Source: a virus
Taxonomy: Duplodnaviria; Caudoviricetes
IMG/VR virus record: IMGVR_UViG_3300017917_004093
Location: 121-64,120 of that record
Direction: 5' to 3' (one strand)
DNA length: 64,000 nucleotides
Shown: one piece after another, positions 28,452-38,509 of the stretch
How positions within the stretch are numbered: the stretch's first letter is position 1
How the letters are laid out: each line of letters begins with the position of its first letter
Position numbers and translations under genes: made by a program
Notes under the pieces: generated by a model
What the model was told of the DNA's origin: nothing
Databases searched by the model: none
What the model saw: only the letters and a program-made list of their open reading frames with translations

Positions 28452-29072
28452 TTACCAGGCTCGGCAAGACCAATAGCGAGCCTTGGTTCTTGGTCCAGGG
28501 TTGTCGCAGTTGTGTCTAGCTCTAAAACTTCTTCTACGTGCAGGGTCGGACTTTTTGATGCGCATGGTCTTTTGACCGGCACGTTTGGCCGAGGTGCCAC
28601 CGTGACCAAAGTTTACTTTTTTAATATTGCCACTCTTTGGATCTCGTACATATACTTTGAATTTTTTAACGTCGCCGCGCATGGGTTTACCCAAGGGAAC
28701 TTCACGGCCTTGATACTTGGCTTCGTCCATGTCATTAACAGCATGCCAAAATTCTTCAGCTTCGCCCGAACTAAACAAGTGCTCAAAACGTGTTAAGAAA
28801 TCTTCAAGACTCATGCTTTCTGCTGCTGATTGCACGGTTTCTTTGAATCTGCCTTCCAGTATAATTTCGCCAGCTTCGCCTTCAAGATCGGCCCATTCGC
28901 GTAATACATCAATGATTTTTGAAGTAGCATCTAGTACAATTGTGTCTTTGTTGATATCCACAATGTAAGTTTCAATCAAAGTGCCATCTTCTAATTCGAT
29001 GGCAAACGCATCTCCCTTTTCAGGAAGATGCTGTCTCACTTCGGCTTCAGCAATGTATGTTTTTAAGTTCAT
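28452..29072 (-). CDS. putative internal head protein with basic C-terminal domain
   Basis: MNLKTYIAE start; acidic N-half; basic KKVNFG..RRSFRARHNC..KARYWSC..W domain. Confidence 0.65.
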   Translation of the reverse strand: MNLKTYIAEAEVRQHLPEKGDAFAIELEDGTLIETYIVDINKDTIVLDATSKIIDVLREWADLEGEAGEIILEGRFKETVQSAAESMSLEDFLTRFEHLFSSGEAEEFWHAVNDMDEAKYQGREVPLGKPMRGDVKKFKVYVRDPKSGNIKKVNFGHGGTSAKRAGQKTMRIKKSDPARRRSFRARHNCDNPGPRTKARYWSCRAW

Positions 29073-30784
29073 TGTTGTGTCTTAAAATTTTTGAGTTCTG
29101 CGTACAGCTTCATGCCAAGATCTGATGATTCTCTGACCTCACTGGCAGTTTCTGCTGGGCCAAAACTGCCGCGTCGCGGATCACGATTGACCACGGGTAT
29201 GGTGGTTTGACCAGTTTCCTTGGGCTTGTTTAGACCACCAGCCCAACGGTTAAGGTGTGGATCATCTGCACCAGTAGTCTCGGGCTCAGTGGGCCAGTCT
29301 GGTGAATTTTCATCTAGTTCTTGCTGGCAACTGCAAGGTGTAGTACCACAACCACAACCAGAAGATTTCATCCCTGCAAGATTCAACAATTGTGCAAGTT
29401 GGTCTGCATCTTCGCCGTCGGCGTTTATTGTAATATTCTTTGTTGCTTGTCCATTCTGATCCACGCCCATATTTACAGAAACATTCATGGATTCAGAAAT
29501 CATGTCTTCTACTTCTCTGTTCAAAGAATCATAAATGCCTTTACCAAAAGTTATGCCGCCTTTGCTTTTCTTGGCAGGTTCAGCAGTACTGGTTGCAACG
29601 CTGCCGGCTACAGTAGTTTCTTCAACTTCTTCGGCCTTTTTCTTTTCAGGCAGACCTTTGTGCTTGGTCTTGGCAAAGTCTTTGACATCGCCTTTTTTCA
29701 TTGTTTTGGCAACTTTTTTCAGTTCTTTGCTGGCGCCAGGAATCTTTTCACCTTTTTGCATGGCATGAGCCATGCCCATGAAACGCTGTTGGGCCTTGCT
29801 CACAGCTTTTTCAGCAACAGGCTGTTCTTCGGCTGCTTCAGCATGTTGGCTTAACATGTAGTCACGGGCTGTGTCCACATAGTCCATGGCCTTGGTAATC
29901 TTGCTCTGTACCCACTCAGGCAAGTTTTGCTCGTCGCTGAGAATACTGCTTAGTTCCTTGGCTGCTGCTTCGATGGTGTGCAGTTGTTCTTTGGCCATGT
30001 CGCCTTCACGATCGAACTCGCCGCGATCCACAACTGGATCTTGGTCTTCGTTTTTCATCAGCTTGCTACGACCACTGGGACCTTTGGCGCCCATCTTTTT
30101 GCCAGATCCAGCAGGACGTCCACGACCTCTCTTGGGAGCTTCAGCTGAATCACTGTCATCGGCGCCAACGCTGATACCCTGTGGATCAACTCTGCGTGTG
30201 ACTTTACGACCAGTGGCAGTGTGTTCAATGTCGTGTTTGGATCCACGCTCAACTTCGCCAGGTTTCTTGGCTGAATGATATTTTTCCACAGACTTGAGCA
30301 TGTCGTCCCAGCCTTCTTCCACAGCTTCTTGCTTGGATTTCTTGGCATCACGAGCAGCCTTCTTCATTGGCTCGGCTTTGTTGCCGTCCTTGTCCAAATC
30401 AAGATAGTCTGGCTTGGCAGTTTCACGCACTGTTTCCATATCTCCATCGCCGTCAAGGTCAGCTTTTTTCAATCCTGCAGCACGGGCCTTGGCCAGATTA
30501 CCTGTAAACTTGTTGCCTTCTTCCATGTCCGCTTCGTTGGTTTTGCGTAGTTTGGCCAACACAGCACCGGCAACTTTCTCGCCACGCTCTTTTGAACCAT
30601 AACGCTCAGCTGCTGATTTGGCAATTTTTTCAAAGTTCTTGCCGGGCTTGCCGATGTCTTTGCCTGCTCGAGCTGCCTTGGCACTGTAGTCAGCTTCGGC
30701 TACTGCACCTTCGTTGAGCTTTTGGGGCTCAGGCTTGTCGGCAATGGTAGCCAGTCGTTTGTTGAGATCATAAAAGAATGTCAT
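29069..30784 (-). CDS. charged modular protein, putative internal head polyprotein
   Basis: 571 aa, K/E-rich, with short modules separated by x-x-E sites. Confidence 0.6.
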   Translation of the reverse strand: MTFFYDLNKRLATIADKPEPQKLNEGAVAEADYSAKAARAGKDIGKPGKNFEKIAKSAAERYGSKERGEKVAGAVLAKLRKTNEADMEEGNKFTGNLAKARAAGLKKADLDGDGDMETVRETAKPDYLDLDKDGNKAEPMKKAARDAKKSKQEAVEEGWDDMLKSVEKYHSAKKPGEVERGSKHDIEHTATGRKVTRRVDPQGISVGADDSDSAEAPKRGRGRPAGSGKKMGAKGPSGRSKLMKNEDQDPVVDRGEFDREGDMAKEQLHTIEAAAKELSSILSDEQNLPEWVQSKITKAMDYVDTARDYMLSQHAEAAEEQPVAEKAVSKAQQRFMGMAHAMQKGEKIPGASKELKKVAKTMKKGDVKDFAKTKHKGLPEKKKAEEVEETTVAGSVATSTAEPAKKSKGGITFGKGIYDSLNREVEDMISESMNVSVNMGVDQNGQATKNITINADGEDADQLAQLLNLAGMKSSGCGCGTTPCSCQQELDENSPDWPTEPETTGADDPHLNRWAGGLNKPKETGQTTIPVVNRDPRRGSFGPAETASEVRESSDLGMKLYAELKNFKTQQ

Positions 30785-30790
30785 TTTTGT

Positions 30791-31399
30791 TTATCCTTGT
30801 GGGTTGCGACCTGTAGCAGGCTTGGGTGGACGCTTGACAGTGCTCATTGGGCTGACCTTGCCCTGTGGCAAATCATTGGTGGTTTCAGCTGGCTTGGTCT
30901 TGCCACCTGCCACTGTAAAATCAGAACGATAGGCATTTTTCAACACTGCATGATCATAGGGACCTGTGGCATAATCCTTGCTCAATGCTTTTTGTTTGGC
31001 ATCGGGTGCAGGATAATCTGTGTCGGCCAACAACTCTTTGTTTTGATCTTCGATCTGATCGCGTTCTTCTTGGTTGTTTTCTACATAGTTGGGGGTCTGC
31101 ATCAACACGCGGTTGGGATCCATGCCCAGTAGTTGTGCAATACTGCGAATCTGTGCATCAATGGCTGGATACTTGAACTCAACATCCATGGTGCTCACTC
31201 GCTCGTTGCTGAATGCAGGAAAGTCAGGAGTGCGTGCTTGAATTGGTGTGGTCTTGACATCACTGATTTTCACAGGGTCAAATTGATCCAGTTTGCCTTT
31301 GAATGATCGTAAAAAATCGCTGGGCACATCACCGGCGAATTTGATGCGATAAGAGTAGGTTCTTTCGCTTTCAATTAGGTATTCTCTAAAGTGTTTCAT
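30791..31399 (-). CDS. putative internal/head protein
   Basis: MKHFREYLIE N-terminus; TAAATA at 31422-31417 upstream. Confidence 0.65.
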   Translation of the reverse strand: MKHFREYLIESERTYSYRIKFAGDVPSDFLRSFKGKLDQFDPVKISDVKTTPIQARTPDFPAFSNERVSTMDVEFKYPAIDAQIRSIAQLLGMDPNRVLMQTPNYVENNQEERDQIEDQNKELLADTDYPAPDAKQKALSKDYATGPYDHAVLKNAYRSDFTVAGGKTKPAETTNDLPQGKVSPMSTVKRPPKPATGRNPQG

Positions 31400-31425
31400 G
31401 TCAGTTCCCTGTTAGATATTTATGC

Positions 31426-31920
31426 TCATTTAGAGTTTTGAGATCGACTGGCCATGAGTCTTTCCAAAATATCGTTGCGATTCAGCACCTGGCCGTGAGC
31501 TGTTTCGGCAGGTGTGTCGGGATCTTGAGAATCACGATCCAGTTTGAGCTTTTTCATTTGCAACTCAATCATCTTGAGTTTTTTGTTCATTTTGGCAGTT
31601 TTTGCGTTGAGTGCATGGCCTAGCATGTTGGATGCTACACCAAAGATTTCAGCAGCAAATCTAGAATCCACATTCATACCCAGATCGGATAAATCTTCAA
31701 AACTCTTTTTGGCCAGATCTGCCAGTTCATCTAGTTCAGCATCCGAGCGGTCTACATCTGATACTTCACTTAGTGCAGCGTCAATTTTGTCTATGGTGTT
31801 GTCCACAGTGGCAATAATGGACTTGGTATCCTCCACTGTGATTGTGCTGTTTGGAGCGAGATGATCGCCAATGCTTTCATTGGGCGCAAGATCAAACAGT
31901 TCCTCAAGTTTTTTGGTCAT
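31426..31920 (-). CDS. helical late protein, possibly terminase small subunit-like
   Basis: two long helices plus a coiled-coil C-terminus, of gp16-like size; similarity is weak. Confidence 0.35.
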   Translation of the reverse strand: MTKKLEELFDLAPNESIGDHLAPNSTITVEDTKSIIATVDNTIDKIDAALSEVSDVDRSDAELDELADLAKKSFEDLSDLGMNVDSRFAAEIFGVASNMLGHALNAKTAKMNKKLKMIELQMKKLKLDRDSQDPDTPAETAHGQVLNRNDILERLMASRSQNSK

Positions 31921-31935
31921 GCCATATTTATGGGC

Positions 31936-32367
31936 TCAGCCGCGGCCATTGTGAAACATTTCTTTTTCAGTGATTACTCTAAAAATCAGGCCTTGGCGTT
32001 GACACCATGCAGTGGCTGCTGCCCATTTGGCATAGTTGATGGCCACTATGGCACGCTCTTTCCCGTTTTGATTTTCGGTTATGGCGCTCTGTCCCGAGGG
32101 TTTGATTTCAATTACTTCGGCTTTGACTGTGTTGTCTTTGGTACGATACACTACCAAAAAATCAGGCACATAGATAGTTTGTTTACCAGTCAAGGGGTGG
32201 CGGTAGGGAATGTTGATACTTTCGCTGGCCCATTGCAACACACTTTGATTGGTGTCACAAAAACGCATAAAAGCATGTTCCCAGCCTGACCTAAACCTGG
32301 GTTGCCCTTTGCCTACATATTTGCCCGGGTTTGTGACTTTGTATAAACCTTGAGCCCATTTTGCCAT
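31936..32367 (-). CDS. gp4-like head completion nuclease (TnsA-like fold)
   Basis: NPGKY, RSGWE, WASE...IPY, YVPDF, IEIKP..Q, NYAKW. Confidence 0.88.
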   Translation of the reverse strand: MAKWAQGLYKVTNPGKYVGKGQPRFRSGWEHAFMRFCDTNQSVLQWASESINIPYRHPLTGKQTIYVPDFLVVYRTKDNTVKAEVIEIKPSGQSAITENQNGKERAIVAINYAKWAAATAWCQRQGLIFRVITEKEMFHNGRG

Positions 32368-32729
32368 CAGGATCTCACATTACGAGCTGCCCAATAGTTG
32401 GGAGCTGTGGGTTTCAGCAAGCCCAACAAGGTTGCATTGCTTCTCACACTGTTGAGAAAATAACAAAGGTTGAGTGTTAGTTCGGGGCCGTTGGGCCCTT
32501 TGATGCTGTCTAAAATTACCAAGGCACTGGTATTGGTTTCCTGGGCAACTCTAAATATTGAAACTGTGAATGTTTGCGCCTGTTCCACAGTGTTGAACAC
32601 ACTTTTGAAGTAGCTGAGTACAACATCGTACTCAGAAGACGGCACATCTTCTGCATAGTTATAGAATTCGTCGTAAATTCTTACAGTTTGATCTATTCTA
32701 GGATTGATTTCATTAATGGTGCCGGCCAT
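32367..32729 (-). CDS. hypothetical late protein
   Basis: 120 aa, coupled to the gp4 gene. Confidence 0.6.
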   Translation of the reverse strand: MAGTINEINPRIDQTVRIYDEFYNYAEDVPSSEYDVVLSYFKSVFNTVEQAQTFTVSIFRVAQETNTSALVILDSIKGPNGPELTLNLCYFLNSVRSNATLLGLLKPTAPNYWAARNVRS

Positions 32730-32738
32730 GTTTGCGCC

Positions 32739-34004
32739 TTAGGTTAATGGTCCAACTGTACCATTGGGGCTGACCACTGGAGCAGTGGATCTACCTTTGG
32801 GCGGGGTTGGAAAGAATATACCATCCAAAATGCCGCGTTGATTGGAAGTGGCTGGAGACTGTCCAACAGGCACAGGACCAGCTCCGCCTATACCTGATGG
32901 GCTGCCTGATGTACCTAGAGCAGCTCTTACTGCTCCCGGCAGTGAAGTTCTAGCAATGATGGCTGCACTGTCCTGTACATCTCTTCGAGCAATGCTGGCA
33001 ATGTTTTTGTCTTTGAACGTGTTGTAGGCAGTGAGTGCCTGTTGAGCAGCACCGACAAGTCCAGCAACTCCCCCGCTGGCCAAGTCTTCGGCAATGCCTA
33101 CTCCTGCATCTATGAGGCCGCCCTGTCCCAAAACTGTGGCGGTTGAGCCAGGTCTGCTGAGTGCACTGCGAATGTTGTCATAGTAGGCAGGATCTGCGAA
33201 CCCGGCCACATTGGTATCGGGTCTGACTCGCCCCACAGCACCTGTGCCGTACTTGACTGTTTCATACCGTATGGTCATTCTATGACTCATGGTACCGTTG
33301 CCCTGGGCATAATCGTAGGTATCGTGTTGCCACTCTGTGATCAGCGGATTAATCAGCACATAACTGGTCCACTTGTGTTGATTCAAACCAAATATTCTGA
33401 TGTCACGGAAAAATGGCATTTTGCCTGCGCGACCAATGCTGTTCAAGTTTTTGCCGTCGTTGTAGCTTTCGCCGATGTAGCCCCAGTCGTTCACAGATCT
33501 AGCATTGTCGTAGATGTCTCGAGCATTGTAGTTAAATCCCACAGGACTGCCTATCAGCGCACCCAGGCTTCCGTTGGTGGCTGCTAGATTGTCATACTGT
33601 TGACTGGGATCTTTGTAGTAGTAGGAGTAGTAACTGTACCACATCTGTCTAATAAGATCACCACCGTCATCATGAAATTCAAACTGAACTGGCTGATAGT
33701 CTATCTTTGACTGCACCAGTCTTTTGCGATTGTACTGGTTCATGGTTTCTACCTGCATTTGATACTGAGGCAGTTGCACATTTTTTACCATGAGACCAAT
33801 GGTTCCTATGTCTTGACCGTTGTTGAACGCAGAAGACAGTGCTGGAACGTATGCAGTGTTGATTGTGAAGAAAACGTGAAAAAGATACTTGTGTTTGGGT
33901 GCAAATTCGTACCCGTTGGTCAAAAAGGTTTTACTGGCGTGTGCGTAATCTTTTAGCTGATCTGCGCCAATAAAACCCCTTAAGAAGTCTTGACCAAAAG
34001 CCAT
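32739..34004 (-). CDS. tail tube-related baseplate protein (gp54-like)
   Basis: VKNVQLP, NQYNRKR, YQPVQFEFHDD, MTIRYE tube-fold motifs; follows the tube gene. Confidence 0.6.
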   Translation of the reverse strand: MAFGQDFLRGFIGADQLKDYAHASKTFLTNGYEFAPKHKYLFHVFFTINTAYVPALSSAFNNGQDIGTIGLMVKNVQLPQYQMQVETMNQYNRKRLVQSKIDYQPVQFEFHDDGGDLIRQMWYSYYSYYYKDPSQQYDNLAATNGSLGALIGSPVGFNYNARDIYDNARSVNDWGYIGESYNDGKNLNSIGRAGKMPFFRDIRIFGLNQHKWTSYVLINPLITEWQHDTYDYAQGNGTMSHRMTIRYETVKYGTGAVGRVRPDTNVAGFADPAYYDNIRSALSRPGSTATVLGQGGLIDAGVGIAEDLASGGVAGLVGAAQQALTAYNTFKDKNIASIARRDVQDSAAIIARTSLPGAVRAALGTSGSPSGIGGAGPVPVGQSPATSNQRGILDGIFFPTPPKGRSTAPVVSPNGTVGPLT

Positions 34005-34007
34005 GCG

Positions 34008-34634
34008 TTAACCTGTGGCTACATCGCCAATTGTTCTACCAATGACCTGGCCAACGCCAACGTTAGTGCCAGCAGTGTTGGTCTGCACAGCATTGTCAAA
34101 CTTGATGGTCATTGCAATAGTTGCTGGTTCGCTGGTGCCGTAGTTCATGTCACCATAGTTGACTTCGCTCAAGAAGCAACCATAGATTTCCCATGTTTCT
34201 AGAACCTGTGGTTCAACTGTGCCGTTGCCACCGTCCAGAACTTGGAACTGTGTCACAAACTTGTAGTCAATGCCCGAAGCAGCACTGGCCTGTTCAGCAA
34301 AGTCCAACTGTTTCTGCAACTGTTCGCCAACCAGCTTGCTGACTGTGCCGCCTGCGTCATCGCGCACTGTGCAAGTAAGGTCGCCCCAGCTGTGCTTGCC
34401 AGCCAATTTTACAGTGCTGTTATAGATTGGAATCAGCATTTCTTCAAAGCTGACTGTGGGACGAGTAAAGTCCATGACTTGTTTTGTCAACTCAGTTCTG
34501 GGTGTAGATACACCAAAGTTTTGAAACTCAACTCTGAATCTGTACTTGAGCTTGGGCATCAGCAGGCCCTGTGTGGGGCTGCTTTGATCGCTTGCCAAGG
34601 GCACTGTCATTTTTGTTAATGATGCTACTGCCAT
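34008..34634 (-). CDS. tail tube protein (gp19-like)
   Basis: PKLKYRFRV, LAGKHSW, WEIYGCF, YGDMNY, IKFD; downstream of the sheath. Confidence 0.85.
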   Translation of the reverse strand: MAVASLTKMTVPLASDQSSPTQGLLMPKLKYRFRVEFQNFGVSTPRTELTKQVMDFTRPTVSFEEMLIPIYNSTVKLAGKHSWGDLTCTVRDDAGGTVSKLVGEQLQKQLDFAEQASAASGIDYKFVTQFQVLDGGNGTVEPQVLETWEIYGCFLSEVNYGDMNYGTSEPATIAMTIKFDNAVQTNTAGTNVGVGQVIGRTIGDVATG

Positions 34635-34676
34635 TTTAATGTCTCCTGTGTAGTTATTTATGGCCTTTTGGTCATG

Positions 34677-34703
34677 AAAAATAGGGCCCGAGGACCCTAT
34701 TTT
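34677..34703 (-). terminator. intrinsic terminator after tail sheath
   Basis: AAAATAGGGTC-CTCG-GGCCCTATTTTT; a new TAAATA at 34660-34655 restarts transcription for the tube gene. Confidence 0.75.
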
Positions 34704-34723
34704 GTTTGTCGGCCATAGACATG

Positions 34724-37700
34724 TTATGCATTTACGGCCACTGTGCTTACACTGCTTGCAATTTCGCCAGTGTTCTTGATACGCACAGGAATGTAAATAA
34801 ATTCAACTGCCTTCACTGGTTCAATGGCAATATCAACATACAACTCATTGCGGTCGATACGGGCAGGTGTGTTGTTGGTTGTATCGCAGACCACAAGGTA
34901 ATCGTAGATACCGCGCTTGTTGACCAAGTCAATCATGAGCGAATTTACCGCATTGCTGATTTCGTTGCGTGTGATCTGATCGTTGGGTTCAAACAAGAAT
35001 GTTTTGCTAATCTCTTGTAGTCGGGCGCGAATAAACGCAATCAAACGAGACACGTTGATTCGATCCAGTGCAGATGCAATTGATGTCACTGTCTTGTTAC
35101 CAAAGTTGGTAATACCCACTCCAGGCACAAATGTAATCGGGTTGATATCCAATTCGTACAGTGCATCACGCAAGCCTTGATTAACTCCCAGTGTAATAAA
35201 TTCGCCAGTTTGAGCATTGACATAACCAATTCTCAACGCATTGTCAATTACACCGCGACGAGTACCAGCTGGAGCCAACCAGGGGAACGCTACTTCGTCG
35301 TTGCGCAGAATTGTACGCAACATCATGTGACTAGGAGGCTGTACCACCAAGGCACCAGACAAATCTGTGGTCTGGCAGCTGGGATAGAACACGCCCAGAT
35401 ATGTGTCGCTGGTTGTTAGTCCATCAGCAGTTGGATAACCATTTCCACTGTTGTCTGTGGCCCAGGCCTGCACTTCGGCAGCATTTCCAGGCAGTCTCAA
35501 TGGCGTATCGCCAATCACAAAAGCTGTGTTGTTGCGATCATTGTTGAGTTCCACCATGTTGGGAATCAACTCTGGGTACTGAGGACAAGCCATCAAATTA
35601 AACTGACGCTGTTCTTCTCTGATGTCTACGGAAGCATCAATACCGGCCTTAAGAGCTGCTACAACAATAGCACGTTGCGCCTGACGGCCCATGTAAGGAC
35701 TTCCATCGTTCTTGTTGCCACTCTGTGTTACCCATGCATTGGTCACTGTGGGCAAAATTTCATCAGGGAAGCTTTGTGAATTGAAGTAGTCAACTCTGAA
35801 GCTCTTGACATTGTAACCACTTCTACGTGTGTTAAACAACAGCATACCCTGAGGATACAGCGATGGAACTGGGTGGTCAAGGTCCACATAGTTGCTGGTC
35901 AGCAAACTCTCGATGGTAGGAATCGGATCAGTAATGGGATCTGTTGTGCCGTTGGGTGCCCAACGTGCATCCGCAAACAGTATACCATTTTCTGTGGTTT
36001 GATCAGAGTTTACAATTTGTACCCATTGATCAGTACCGTCAATGTTTTCCCAACGATACAGCAACGGATAATTTTCTAGGTCGCTGGTATCAATCCACAA
36101 ATCTCCATACACCAACGGACTCTTGGCAGTGTTGGTTTGTGTTGTGGGAGGTGTGGTTGAGAAAATTGGGCCTGTGGCATTGGTCAAGCTCAAATTATAA
36201 CCACGAACATCGTTGGTTACATTTTGATATCCTTGCCAAATGCCATTGTTTTGAATCATAATATCAGCTTCGGTGGTGGTGCTGTAGAACCACAAACGAC
36301 CGTCATCGGGATCTTGATTGGGTGCAGTTGAGCTGGCAGTATAGGTAAAGAACGGTGCTGTATCAAATGATGACAAGTTTATCACACCTGAATCTCCCAC
36401 TATGACCCCTTGGATGGTTCCGTTGAAACCAGCAGTGGTCACTGGTGTACCAATCACGTTGACCAAATTAATAAAACCGCCGGTGCTGTGAGTGAACACA
36501 ATGGCTCCTGTGCTGCTGATGCTGGCTGACACATAAGGCACGTTAGCAGCAGACACAGCGGCAACAAAATCAGCTGCTGTAGTACCATTTATGGTTGCAG
36601 TTACAACGGGGCTTAGATCTGGTGTTCCAGGAGCTGTGGCTTGTATGGTAAATGTATTGCCAGACACAAAAGGACCTGGTGAGGTATCATCTCCGGTTAT
36701 TACTGTTTGACCAGTTTGGAAAAATTGATAAATTTCAACGCCGCCTTGGATTGGAGTAGCAGATTCAGAGTTCCAGCGAGCCCAGGTTGTGCCAATGGGA
36801 ATGTTGGCTCCGCCGCCCGAAGGATCTAGTCCGTAAATGGCCTCTCTAGCATATTCATACAGTGGCACACTTTGTTGTACCCAAGCAAACAGTGTGGCTG
36901 TCCACTTTTTCAATACCAAGTTGGTGCCTAAATTAACACTGTTGGTTTTTTGCCATACACTGCCAGTTGGAGCAGGACTGGTGTCGGTGCTTCTCCAGCG
37001 AGGCTGACTATAGTTGGGGCCAGCAAACAGTTCGGGCGCATTGTATGTGCCGGCTGTGATGCCCAACGCGGTCAGCGGTGTACCTGTTCCGTTGGTTATT
37101 TCAACCAGCCCGCCGCCACCGGTGGATCCGTCAGCAGTGGCTGTACTGTCGGCATAAATTACCAACTTGCCATTGTCAACGCCAGAGTATACACCAGTGA
37201 TGCTGGCAGAGTTGATGTTGTCAGACAAATTCTTAACACTGGCAGTAACGCCGTTGTCGACTGCAACTGTGGTACCGTTGATGATCACGGTATTGCCAAC
37301 TGACAATGTGGGTGCAGTTGCTGTGCCCTGTATTGTGGGCCATGCGGTTTTCCAATCGTCACTGCCCAATAAAACCCAAGTGTTGTACAAAGCAATTAAT
37401 ACTGCACTAGAAGAATATGTTACAGTTGAGCTATAAACATCGGTAGTGGGGCCGCCGCGCTTGAAGTAAAATCTATTGTGAACCTCAGTGGCAGAAATTG
37501 CATAGTCAGAAATGCTGCCGATGCTTTGCAGTGGCACTGTGGTAGACGGTTGTAGATTGGTAGTGCTGGTAATTACAATGGGCACCTTGTTGGTAAAAGC
37601 GGCAGTGGTCTGATTCCACTGGAAAATACCCCAGGTGGTCTCGGCAGTGTCCAACCAATAGTCGCCGTCAGTGGGGTTGCCAGTGGGGCGTGTCAAACTG

Positions 37701-38062
37701 CCTGTTAGTGCTGCTAGATCAATGTCCACACGCTGTACATAGCAGCGATTGGTAATGCCTAGCGCAGAATAAGCAGCCAACAAACCATATTCGTTGAGCT
37801 CGTAGCCGTTGATGGGTGTGCCTGCTGTGGTTCTGTAAAAGAATGGAACACCAAATGTTGTGCTCAAGTCTCTTTGACTGGTAATCAAATAAGGCTTGTT
37901 TGCGTTGAATTGTAGAGTACCAGCTGCAACTCCTGTGCCAGTGCCCGAAACTTTGTTTTGTGCTGTGGCAATCAAAACATAGGGTACTGAATTGGTAGCA
38001 GCAGGAATAAATTGACTTTCGTCAATGATTGTTACTTCTACGCCGGGTGAAATTAGTGCCAT
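34724..38062 (-). CDS. tail sheath protein (gp18-like) with large inserted domains
   Basis: SPGVEV..IDES N-terminus; PWLAPAG.RRG, INPI, DRINVSRL, FEPND, AVEFIYIP. Confidence 0.93.
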   Translation of the reverse strand: MALISPGVEVTIIDESQFIPAATNSVPYVLIATAQNKVSGTGTGVAAGTLQFNANKPYLITSQRDLSTTFGVPFFYRTTAGTPINGYELNEYGLLAAYSALGITNRCYVQRVDIDLAALTGSLTRPTGNPTDGDYWLDTAETTWGIFQWNQTTAAFTNKVPIVITSTTNLQPSTTVPLQSIGSISDYAISATEVHNRFYFKRGGPTTDVYSSTVTYSSSAVLIALYNTWVLLGSDDWKTAWPTIQGTATAPTLSVGNTVIINGTTVAVDNGVTASVKNLSDNINSASITGVYSGVDNGKLVIYADSTATADGSTGGGGLVEITNGTGTPLTALGITAGTYNAPELFAGPNYSQPRWRSTDTSPAPTGSVWQKTNSVNLGTNLVLKKWTATLFAWVQQSVPLYEYAREAIYGLDPSGGGANIPIGTTWARWNSESATPIQGGVEIYQFFQTGQTVITGDDTSPGPFVSGNTFTIQATAPGTPDLSPVVTATINGTTAADFVAAVSAANVPYVSASISSTGAIVFTHSTGGFINLVNVIGTPVTTAGFNGTIQGVIVGDSGVINLSSFDTAPFFTYTASSTAPNQDPDDGRLWFYSTTTEADIMIQNNGIWQGYQNVTNDVRGYNLSLTNATGPIFSTTPPTTQTNTAKSPLVYGDLWIDTSDLENYPLLYRWENIDGTDQWVQIVNSDQTTENGILFADARWAPNGTTDPITDPIPTIESLLTSNYVDLDHPVPSLYPQGMLLFNTRRSGYNVKSFRVDYFNSQSFPDEILPTVTNAWVTQSGNKNDGSPYMGRQAQRAIVVAALKAGIDASVDIREEQRQFNLMACPQYPELIPNMVELNNDRNNTAFVIGDTPLRLPGNAAEVQAWATDNSGNGYPTADGLTTSDTYLGVFYPSCQTTDLSGALVVQPPSHMMLRTILRNDEVAFPWLAPAGTRRGVIDNALRIGYVNAQTGEFITLGVNQGLRDALYELDINPITFVPGVGITNFGNKTVTSIASALDRINVSRLIAFIRARLQEISKTFLFEPNDQITRNEISNAVNSLMIDLVNKRGIYDYLVVCDTTNNTPARIDRNELYVDIAIEPVKAVEFIYIPVRIKNTGEIASSVSTVAVNA

Positions 38063-38161
38063 AAGTAAATCCTTTTTCTAGCTACTGATATTTATCGGTC
38101 TCATCAAAAAGAACCCGTTATAGCATCCCTACTGAGTAGGTTTTGTATAAATATATCTACA

Positions 38162-38509
38162 ATGAACCGGCCTTTGTGTCTTTTTTGCAATCAACGACCG
38201 CGAGCTGTGGCCTATCACACCGAAGACCGCACACAGTATCGTAGACTGTGTGAACACTGCATAAAGAAAAAGAAAAAAATCAAACCGCCCACTCCGCGTT
38301 GGCAGTCAGCTGGCTACAAGAAAAAAACTACCTGTGACCGTTGCGGTTTTAGAGCTAGATACTCAGCACAGTTGGTGGTGTATCACGTGGACGGCAATCA
38401 GCACAACACAGACACACGGAATCTAAAAACAGTGTGCCTAAACTGTGTGGAAGAAATCAAACGCAGTGATCTCAGCTGGCGGCAGGGCGATCTTGAGCCG
38501 GATTTGTGA
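38162..38509 (+). CDS. zinc-finger / HNH-like protein
   Basis: four CxxC pairs; YHVDGNQHN...NL..VCLNC; TATAAATA at 38146-38153. Confidence 0.7.
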   Translation: MNRPLCLFCNQRPRAVAYHTEDRTQYRRLCEHCIKKKKKIKPPTPRWQSAGYKKKTTCDRCGFRARYSAQLVVYHVDGNQHNTDTRNLKTVCLNCVEEIKRSDLSWRQGDLEPDL

